Source: Actinomycetota bacterium (GTDB lineage: Bacteria; Actinomycetota; Thermoleophilia; Solirubrobacterales; Solirubrobacteraceae). From it: 45,516 bases of DNA. Under the pieces are notes generated by a model. The model was not told the DNA's origin, searched no databases, and was given only the letters and a program-made list of their open reading frames with translations. Location: positions 1 through 45,516 of the forward strand of contig VAWT01000170.1 of assembly GCA_005883415.1 (NCBI GenBank), read 5' to 3'. The position numbers and the translations under genes are program-made. Positions 37,999-45,516 of the stretch are shown here, piece by piece (the first letter of the stretch is position 1; every line of letters begins with the position of its first letter).

Positions 37999-39024
37999 CT
38001 AGGAGTCGCCTGACCGGTCGCTTACGAGCGCGTGCTCGCTGGTAACCGACGCCAGCGTATTGATGATTTCGTCCGCCAGCCGGGCGCCATCGGCGGCTCG
38101 CTCGGGAGTGGCCTGGACCCGCACTACCACGTCATCACCGTCGATCTCTTCGAGCAATACGCGCGGCTCAGATCGCGTTGGTGTGTTGATCGCTTCGTCC
38201 AACAGCGCCTGCACTTGTCCCGGCCGAATCCCGGTGTTCAGCCGCACCTTGACGTCGACCGGTTCCGGTTCTCGCAGTGGGACGACGGCCGCGGCGAGTA
38301 CGACGTTGTTGGGGATCATGATCCGGTCATCGCCTCGAGCGAGCGTCGTATAGAGCAGGCCGAGTGAGCTCACGACTCCTTCGGTGGAGCCGCCGACGGC
38401 ACCCGCCTGCAGGCGGATTCGCTCGCCGACGCGGAACGGCCGCGCACTCAGGAGGACCATTCCGGCGATCACGTTGCCCAGTGTCTGCTGCGCGGCGAGA
38501 CCGAAGATGACCGCGGTGAATGCGCCGCCGGCGACGATTGTGGAGGGATGGAAGCCGACGACGCGGGCGGTGACGATGAGCGTGATCGCTGTCGCGACCA
38601 GTCGGATCAGGAACCCGACCGTGCCGGCGGTCGACGGATCCATGCGCTTGAAGAACGTCGGCGCCGCGGCCCGACCGAGGTCGCGCGCGAACGTCCACCC
38701 CAACACGACCAATGCGATCGCCGTGAGTATCTCCACCCAGGTGTTCGTCCCGGAGGAGAGCATCTTGTTCTGGCAGATGTGAACGCCCGGGGGGCATGTG
38801 CCGAACCACGCGTTGCGGTTCGACCACAGCAGGAGCACCCCGATCAGCAGCACTAACAGGACGAGCGTCCGCCGCTGGGCGCCGCGAATCGCCCTCTGGG
38901 TCGCCTGAAGCGTCAGCCCTGCCCGCTCCCAGGCCTCGCTGCGGGTCTCGAACATACGCTCGAACCGCTGGTTGCGCTCGGCCGCCTCGCCGTTCTCTGT
39001 ATCTCTTTTGAAGGGGTTTTGCAT
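37999..39024 (-). CDS. MscS-family mechanosensitive channel
   Basis: GLAAQQTLGNVIAG, RPFRVGERI, GVVSSLGLLYT and IPN motifs. Confidence 0.92.
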   Translation of the reverse strand: MQNPFKRDTENGEAAERNQRFERMFETRSEAWERAGLTLQATQRAIRGAQRRTLVLLVLLIGVLLLWSNRNAWFGTCPPGVHICQNKMLSSGTNTWVEILTAIALVVLGWTFARDLGRAAAPTFFKRMDPSTAGTVGFLIRLVATAITLIVTARVVGFHPSTIVAGGAFTAVIFGLAAQQTLGNVIAGMVLLSARPFRVGERIRLQAGAVGGSTEGVVSSLGLLYTTLARGDDRIMIPNNVVLAAAVVPLREPEPVDVKVRLNTGIRPGQVQALLDEAINTPTRSEPRVLLEEIDGDDVVVRVQATPERAADGARLADEIINTLASVTSEHALVSDRSGDS

Positions 39025-39080
39025 CGACTGGCGTGGCCCTTGTGGCTGCCGACCGTCGCTGATCGCTCCTCCCTTCGTCC

Positions 39081-40124
39081 TCAGAATAAACGTTGCTGCC
39101 CGTTCTGTTTCACCGGCGTGCGCCGATCGGCTCGCTCCTTGCGCGTTTCTCGCGTAATGCGCTGAACTACCCGTCCCCGCATCCCCTCATCCGGCGCTTG
39201 GTCTGGTCCCCTGACGAGTCTGGACAGTCGTTCTCGCTCCGGCACGGGCATGTATGCGCCGCGGCGATAGAGCTCCTCGTAGCGCGGAATCAGATGGGGT
39301 CGGTGCTCCCGCAGCCACTCGAACCAAAGGTCACGCACCTCTCCCCGCAGGTGCAGCGCTATACCGGACACGTACGCTGCGCCAGCCTCGGCGGCCAGCT
39401 CGAGGATCGGCTCAACCTGCTCCGGCGCATCATTGACCTCCGGCATGAGCGGCGCGATCAGGACGCCGGTGCGAATCCCGTTGCGGGTGAGCTCAGCGAC
39501 CGCCTCGAGCCGCGCCCGCGGATTGGGCGTATGCGGCTCCGTCGCCCGCCATGCCTTCTCGTCCAGCGTCGGGACGGACAAGGCGGCGCTGAAGTCCGCG
39601 ACCTCGTTGATCTGCTTCATCAGCTCGAGATCCCTGAGCAGCAGGGGCGATTTGGTCAGGATCGAGCACGGATTGGCCGTATCACGCATCGCCTCCCAGA
39701 TACCCGGCATCAGCTTGTAGCGCCCCTCGACCCACTGATAGGGGTCGGTGTTCGTACCGAGCGCAACATGCTCCTTCTTCCAGGACGGCCGGTTGAGCTC
39801 GGCCCGCGCGAGCTCCGGCGCGTTCACCTTGACGACGATCTCGCGCTCGAAGTCGCGGCCGGCGTTGAAGTCCAGGTAGGTGTGCGTGGGGCGAGCAAAG
39901 CAGTAGCGGCACGAGTGGCTGCAGCCGCGGAAGGGATTGATCGTCCACCGGAACGGCATGCGGGATGCGGCGGGCACGTGGTTCAGAATCGACTTTGCCC
40001 GCACTTCGTAGAACCGGGTCGGGATCGAGTCGGGTGCGTCGAAATGGCGGACAACTGCTTCGTCCCGATAACCGGGCAGCCGGGCCCGCTCTTCCGCGTC
40101 AAGGCTCAGGTGGCTCCACCGCAT
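39081..40124 (-). CDS. Radical SAM protein, Rv2578c/SplB-like DNA-repair family
   Basis: INPFRGCSHSCRYCFAR, GTNTDPYQ, ILTKS and EP.TP.PRARL. Confidence 0.9.
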   Translation of the reverse strand: MRWSHLSLDAEERARLPGYRDEAVVRHFDAPDSIPTRFYEVRAKSILNHVPAASRMPFRWTINPFRGCSHSCRYCFARPTHTYLDFNAGRDFEREIVVKVNAPELARAELNRPSWKKEHVALGTNTDPYQWVEGRYKLMPGIWEAMRDTANPCSILTKSPLLLRDLELMKQINEVADFSAALSVPTLDEKAWRATEPHTPNPRARLEAVAELTRNGIRTGVLIAPLMPEVNDAPEQVEPILELAAEAGAAYVSGIALHLRGEVRDLWFEWLREHRPHLIPRYEELYRRGAYMPVPERERLSRLVRGPDQAPDEGMRGRVVQRITRETRKERADRRTPVKQNGQQRLF

Positions 40125-40125
40125 A

Positions 40126-40139
40126 CGAACGGATGTTCG
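40126..40139. promoter_or_regulatory. LexA SOS box (CGAAC-N4-GTTCG)
   Basis: CGAACGGATGTTCG separated by 1 bp from the radical SAM start codon. Confidence 0.85.
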
Positions 40140-40179
40140 CAAACGGCCCGGATGGACCGTTAGAAATGGCGCGTGACCG

Positions 40180-41391
40180 TCAGCTCGCAGCCCGAGCGAG
40201 GATCGACTCGTGGCCCGTCAGCGTCTGGCTGGTGGCCCCGGTGATCTCGACCCGGACAAGCTCGCCCGGCGAGGCGAGACCCTCGAAGTTGACGACCTTG
40301 TTGTGGGTCGTGCGGCCGCGCAGGCACGTCGGGTCGGTGCGCGACTGGCCCTCGACCAGCACCTCGAGCGTGCGGCCGACGAACCGCTGCGCTCGCTCGT
40401 GGGCACGACGCTGGATCACCTCGATCAGCCGCTCGAGCCTGGCGATCTTGATCTCATGCGGAACCTGGTCCGGCAGCGTCGCCGCTTCGGTGCCGCGCCG
40501 CGGGGAGAAGGCGAACGTAAACGCGCCGTCGTACCGCACCTCGTCGGCAAGCGAGAGCGTCTGCTCGAAGTCCTCGTCGGTCTCCCCCGGGAAGCCGACG
40601 ATGATGTCGGTGGTGAGCGCGCAGTCTGGGACGTGCTCGTGGATCATCGCCACGCGGTCGAGGTACCGCTCGCGCGTGTAGGTGCGCCGCATCCGCTTAA
40701 GCACCGCGCTCGATCCCGACTGCAGCGGGAGATGGATGTGCCGACACAACGACGGCAGTTCCGCGTGTGCCCGGATCACGTCCTCGCGCATGTCCTTCGG
40801 ATGTGGGCTCGTGTAGCGGATTCGCTCGATGCCTTCGATAGCGTCGATCCGCGCCAGCAATTCCGCGAACGTGATCCGGCGATCGCGCGGTAGATCGCGG
40901 CCGTAGGAGTTCACGTTCTGGCCGAGCAACGTCACCTCGACCACGCCGTCCAACGCCAAGCGCTCCACCTCGGACACGAGATCGCGCGGCGTGCGACTCA
41001 CTTCGCGGCCTCGGGTGGCAGGCACTATGCAGTATGAACACGACATGTTGCATCCGACGCTGATCTGCACCCACGCCTGAAATTCGCGCGTCCGCTTGGC
41101 CGGCAGATCCCCCGTGAAGCCCTCGAACTCGAAGAACCCCTGTGCGGTGAGTGAGTCGCTCGTCAGGAACTCAGCCAGCTTGTGGACCTGCCCGGGGCCG
41201 AACGCCACATCGACGAACGGGAAGCGGGCGAAGAGCTCCTCCTTGACCGACTGCGCCCAGCAGCCGCCCACTCCCACGACGCGGTCGGGACGCTCCACCT
41301 TCAGCCGCTTGGCCTGCCCAAGGTAGGACAGGAAGCGGTTGTCCGCCTTCTCCCGGACCGAACAGGTGTTGAACAGGATCAGATCGGCTTG
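40180..41391 (-). CDS. miaB: tRNA methylthiotransferase MiaB; N-terminus missing
   Basis: ADLILFNTCSVREKA, GGCWAQ, GCNMSCSYC, LLGQNVNSYG, DIIVGFPGET and a TRAM domain; no start or GCQMN segment. Confidence 0.93.
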   Translation of the reverse strand, partial: QADLILFNTCSVREKADNRFLSYLGQAKRLKVERPDRVVGVGGCWAQSVKEELFARFPFVDVAFGPGQVHKLAEFLTSDSLTAQGFFEFEGFTGDLPAKRTREFQAWVQISVGCNMSCSYCIVPATRGREVSRTPRDLVSEVERLALDGVVEVTLLGQNVNSYGRDLPRDRRITFAELLARIDAIEGIERIRYTSPHPKDMREDVIRAHAELPSLCRHIHLPLQSGSSAVLKRMRRTYTRERYLDRVAMIHEHVPDCALTTDIIVGFPGETDEDFEQTLSLADEVRYDGAFTFAFSPRRGTEAATLPDQVPHEIKIARLERLIEVIQRRAHERAQRFVGRTLEVLVEGQSRTDPTCLRGRTTHNKVVNFEGLASPGELVRVEITGATSQTLTGHESILARAAS

Positions 41392-42841
41392 GCAGCTCGA
41401 GGTCGATGCGGGCGCCCCGACCGTTACCCGAATCGGCCGCGACCACGCGGCCTCCATGGGCCTCGGCGATGGCACGAACGATCGCCAGCCCGAGCCCGGC
41501 TCCACCGTCGCGACTGGCCCGAGCGGGATCAGTTCGGTGGAACCGCAGGAATATTCGCTCGCGTTCGGCGTCCGGTATCCCCGGTCCGTCGTCGAGCACC
41601 GAGAACCGGATCCGCTCCGAGGCAAGCCTCGTCACCTCGAGGCGGACCAGCCCGTCGTGCTCGCTCGTGTGCGCGACTGCGTTGCCGGCCAGGTTTCGCA
41701 GTGCCTGCGCGAGCCGGTCGGGGTCGGCTCGGAGGCTCGCATGAGGCACATCTGACAGCTCGAAGCGCCGGTCCGCCGTGAGACTGACGCCGTCCCACAG
41801 CTCGGTCACGAACGGCGGCAGGTCGATCGGCTCGAGCCGCAGGAAGTCGGCTCGCTCCGACTGCGCCAGCAGCAGCAGGTCGTCGACCAGGCGGGTGATG
41901 CGGGTGATCTCGGCCTGGACGACCCGCTCGGCTCGCCGAACCTCTTGCGCGGATGGGTTGTCGCTGGCGGCGAGAACCTCGAGCTGACCCCGAATGACCG
42001 TGATCGGCGTGCGCAGCTCGTGTGAGGCATCGGCGATGAACTCCCGTTGGCTGGCGAACGCCTCCGCCAGCCTGTCGAGCATGTGGTTGAACGACTCCGC
42101 CAGCACGCGGATCTCATCGCCGCTTCCCTCCGCTGGCGTCATCCGGGGCTCCAGATCGCCGGCATCGACGCGGGTCGCCACCGCGGCCATCCTGCGCAGG
42201 GGCAAAGAGACGCGGGCGCCGGCCAGATAGGACGCGATCAGCGCGATCGCGAGCATCACGGCCCCTGCGATGATGAAAGCCTGGGCGACGCCGTGCTGCG
42301 CTTGCTCAACCGCGGCCAGTGGCTGGCCGGCGCCGACGGTGACAGAACTGGCGCCGAGCCGAACGGAGCGCTCGTAGATGCGCAGCTTGCCAGCGTCGGG
42401 AACCCTCTGGACCGAGTAGCCGTTCCGCGGGGTCAGTAGCGTGCGCCCGAGCCCGACCTCTCGCTGCTGCTCTGCTCCAGGCTCCGCGTCATCGCGGCCC
42501 GCGAAGCCGAACAGCTCGGGGTGGTTCGTCGCGGTTCCCTCACCCGGCACCAGCGCGAACAGCAGGGTTGACGTCGCCGAATACGGTTGCGCGCCGAGGT
42601 AGCTGTCGATGGCGCGGGCGACCTGCCACGAGGGCCTCCCGCGTAGTGACGACACCAGGTCGGATAGCTGCGCAGTGTTGCCCGCGATGTCACGGTCTAT
42701 CTGCGAACGCAATCGGCTGCCTGTGTCGCTGTAGACGACTGCGAAGATGATGCCCGCGGACAGGAGCATAACGCCGGCCACCCACAGGGTGAGGCGCCAG
42801 CGCAGGCTTCTCGGGACCAGTCGACTAAGTAGCGGTCGCAT
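41392..42841 (-). CDS. HAMP-containing sensor histidine kinase; native stop lost
   Basis: Two TM helices, [13 protein letters not shown]-box, NLAGNA, DDGPGI and GAGLGLAI. Homology ends at IDLELP and the ORF then runs on out of frame through miaB. Confidence 0.92.
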
Positions 42842-43529
42842 CGAAGCGGTAGCCGACCGATCGCACAGTCACGATTGGTGAGCGACGTCCAGCACCACCA
42901 TCTTCCTTGACCGCGGCTCGAAGCTTGCGGCGGAGGTAGCCGACGTAGACATCGACCACGTTGGTGCCCGGGTCGTACTCGTATCCCCACACGGCGCGAA
43001 GTATCTGGTCCCGGGAGAGGGCCTGGCCGTGGTTGCGCATCAGGTAGGTCAACAACTCGAATTCGGTCGTGGAGAGCCGCACGAGCTGGCCGGCGTACTT
43101 CACCTCGCGTGAAATCAGGTCTACCTCGAGATTGCCGCCGTGTAGCACCGTCCGCTGGCTCTGCGCCGCGATGCGCAGCTGGGCGCGGATGCGGGCGGCG
43201 AGTTCGTGCAGCGAGAACGGCTTCGTCAGATAGTCGGCGGCGCCTGCGTCGAGACCGGCTACGCGCTGCTCCACCTGGTCCAACGCCGTGAGGACGATGA
43301 CCGGCAGCTCGGGCTTGGACTCGTTGACGGCGGCCAGCACCTCGAGCCCGCTGCGCCCGGGCAGGAGGAGATCGAGGACGAGCAGGTCAACATGGTCCCG
43401 CAGCGCACGTTCCAGGCCGCTGTCGCCGTCCACTTCCGCACGGACCTCGAACCCCTGGGCCTGCAGGCCCCGCTCCAAGAAGTCGACAATTCCGGGTTCG
43501 TCCTCGATCACGAGGATGACTGGCGCCAA
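42825..43529 (-). CDS. OmpR/PhoB-family response regulator
   Basis: TTG at 43529; [39 protein letters not shown] and TVRSVGY. Confidence 0.93.
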   Translation of the reverse strand: MAPVILVIEDEPGIVDFLERGLQAQGFEVRAEVDGDSGLERALRDHVDLLVLDLLLPGRSGLEVLAAVNESKPELPVIVLTALDQVEQRVAGLDAGAADYLTKPFSLHELAARIRAQLRIAAQSQRTVLHGGNLEVDLISREVKYAGQLVRLSTTEFELLTYLMRNHGQALSRDQILRAVWGYEYDPGTNVVDVYVGYLRRKLRAAVKEDGGAGRRSPIVTVRSVGYRFDATAT

Positions 43530-43534
43530 GGCCG

Positions 43535-44795
43535 CTACCTCGCGTATTCGACGGCGCGCGACTCCCGGATGACCCCCGGCCTGCATCGCGTAGACCTTGT
43601 CGACGCCGTCGTGGCGCGTGGCGATCTTCTCCAGGTCGCGCAGCCGCTTCACGTACAGCTCGAGCGATTCGCCTCTGGCACCAGGGCGAGCGCCCGACAG
43701 GGCATCCGCCGCCTGCACGAGTACCGCCTCGACGGTCTGCGGCTCGACCTCGTTGTGGTGGGCCTCCATCGCGTGTGCAACGGCTTCGGACTCTCCGTGC
43801 TTGCGTGCCAAGTCGCCGCCGACGAGAGCATGTGGTCCTTCGATCTCGTGCGTTACCGCTTTGCCGAGGTCGTGCAGGAGGGCGGCGCGCCGCGCCGTCT
43901 TGGGGCTTGCGCCGAGCTCCTCGGCCATCATTGCGGCCAGCCGGGACACTTCGATCGAGTGAGCAAGCACATTCTGACCGTAGCTAGTGCGGAACTTGAG
44001 CCGCCCTAACAGCTTGACCAGCTCGGGGCTCAGACCCTGGACGTCAGCCTCAAACACCGCCTGGTCACCCAACTCGATGATGTGCTGCTCGAGCTCGGAT
44101 TTGGCCTGGTAGTACATCTCCTCGATTCGGGCGGGATGGATCCGTCCATCCTGGAGCAGCTTCTCGAGCGTCATGCGGGCGATCTCCCGGCGGACGCCGT
44201 CGAACCCCGACAGGACGACCGCTCCCGGCGTGTCGTCGATGATGAAGTCGACCCCGGTGAGGTTCTCGAGCGCACGGATGTTCCGACCCTCTCGGCCGAT
44301 GATCCTGCCCTTCATGTCGTCCGCCGACAGTTGCACGACCGACACCGTGGTCTCTGCGGCGTGTCCGGCGGCAAGCCGCTGCATGCAGACAGACAGGATG
44401 TTGCGCACCCGACGCTCTGCGTCGCGTTTGGTCTCGTCCTCGACCTCGCGGATCCGGCGAGCGGCGTCATGCCTCGCCCGATCCTCGACCTCTTGGAGCA
44501 GCAGCTCCTTGGCCCGCGCGGCCGATAAGCCCGAGATTCGCTCCAAGGCGCGCTCGAGCTCACGCTGGCGCTCTGCCAGCGCCCCTCTCTCCCGCTCCAA
44601 CTCCGATTCGCGCGAGGCCAGAGCCTCCTCCCGACGGGCCAGCGCGGCGGCGCGGTCCGCCAGCTCGTTGTCGCGAGGCATGCGCCCCCTCCGTTCCGAG
44701 CCGGCGGATCGTGACGTCGGATGCACACGCGCGTACAGGACCGCAGCGATCACTATTCCCACCGCGATCAGCGCTGCGGCACCGATGATGTCCAT
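43535..44795 (-). CDS. rny: Ribonuclease Y; frameshifting loss at about 43574
   Basis: TM anchor, coiled coil, KH ([12 protein letters not shown]), HD (LLHDLGK) and SGARPGAR. The native tail [12 protein letters not shown] lies in another frame ending at 43535. Confidence 0.95.
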
Positions 44796-45087
44796 GGTCG
44801 TTTCCTCTCCCTGGTGGCCCGGAGCGGGTCACGTCGATTTAGTTTTCGGGAGCGACCGAGTGGCCCGTCCAGGCAGACTAAGAGCCGAAACGCCTCAGCG
44901 GTTGGAGCGCCTCAGTCGGCCACGGCGCAGCAGCTCATTCGCGCCAAGCAACCGACCACTGCACCCATCGATCGGTGGGGGACAGGAGGTCCTGTGGAAA
45001 TTGCCGTCAACGCTGTACCGGATCCGTTCTACAAGTCGTGTATTTGCTGGTCTTTTATGGCCCGCGGGCCATTCGTTCGCTGCCTGG

Positions 45088-45116
45088 ATCGTAGTACCGG
45101 GAACCCCCTGGCGCAA
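45088..45116 (-). promoter_or_regulatory. Sigma-A-like promoter upstream of rny (TTGCGC-17-TACGAT)
   Basis: -35 at 45116-45111 and -10 at 45093-45088 with canonical 17-bp spacing. Confidence 0.5.
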
Positions 45117-45148
45117 TCCGGACTGCCGAGTCGCAATCCGGACAGCGG

Positions 45149-45516
45149 TCACCCGCTCCGGGCGTACGCCACCAGGGCGTCGAGTGCGAGGTCCGGGTCG
45201 TAGCCCTTGCGAATCAAGAGCCCAAGCGCACGGTCACGTTCGCGCCGCTCGCACGGCGGCACTTGAAACCGGCGGCTTAGGAGCGCGACGGCGCGGTCCA
45301 GCTCCGTCGCCTCCTCGTTCGGGGCCGGCTCTGAGAGCGCCTCCTCCACCAGCTCCCGATCGACGCCGCGCGCGAGCAATCCCTGTCGAATCCGTTCTCT
45401 CCCCCACCCTTCGAGCTCGCGCTTGTCCTGCACGAACAGTCGCGCGAACCGTGCGTCACCGACCGAGCCCTCCTCGGTCAGGACCTCGAGCGCCCACTCG
45501 CAGCTAGTGGCGTCGA
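45149..45516 (-). CDS. recX: Regulatory protein RecX, C-terminal part (start outside window)
   Basis: DARFARLFV, GWGRERIRQGLLARGV and LIRKGY; recX upstream of rny is a familiar arrangement. Confidence 0.88.
   Translation of the reverse strand, partial: DATSCEWALEVLTEEGSVGDARFARLFVQDKRELEGWGRERIRQGLLARGVDRELVEEALSEPAPNEEATELDRAVALLSRRFQVPPCERRERDRALGLLIRKGYDPDLALDALVAYARSG

Noticed and set aside
38949-38962. SOS-box-like CGAACATACGCTCG
   Set aside because: Mismatched half-site inside the mscS coding region.
41392-41625. Novel N-terminal extension on MiaB
   Set aside because: It is an alternative-frame reading of the histidine kinase ATPase domain.
7463-43580. Programmed ribosomal frameshifting at the broken genes
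   Set aside because: Coding sequence is missing at the junctions, not just shifted, and no slippery motif is shared among them.
42825-44795. Genuine RNase Y-OmpR fusion protein
   Set aside because: The native rny C-terminus and stop persist out of frame, and the regulator has its own start codon.
1-45516. Mobile elements, prophage, defence systems, tRNA or rRNA
   Set aside because: No transposase, integrase, phage or defence motifs, or structural-RNA signatures were recognised, and composition looks uniform by eye.

Overview
A GC-rich (about 70%, estimated by eye) chromosomal segment from an actinobacterium. The gene content and short gene variants suggest Thermoleophilia/Solirubrobacterales (inference). 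It is mostly housekeeping DNA with no rRNA, tRNA, CRISPR array or mobile element. Genes include three glycosyltransferases, ispG, sodA, proS, a pgsA-rsiG-like-FHA-MerR-apt cluster, nadE, a WS/DGAT, a c-di-AMP riboswitch ahead of an RlpA-like gene, dinB, SRAP, a HAD-DAGK-murT-methyltransferase-gatD operon, dut, hflX, dapL, dapF, miaA, FIST, MscS, an SOS-boxed radical SAM gene, miaB, a two-component pair, rny and recX. About eight abrupt internal sequence losses break conserved genes and create two false fusions (rny-response regulator and kinase-miaB); these most likely mark collapsed assembly gaps. The main biological leads are a single-motif RsiG-like c-di-GMP receptor embedded in the GarA/MerR locus, a DapF with both catalytic Cys replaced by Ser, a methyltransferase wedged between murT and gatD, a sigma-region-4/anti-sigma fusion protein, pervasive leaderless and bidirectional promoters, and a long rny leader. 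All calls come from reading the sequence; no searches were run.
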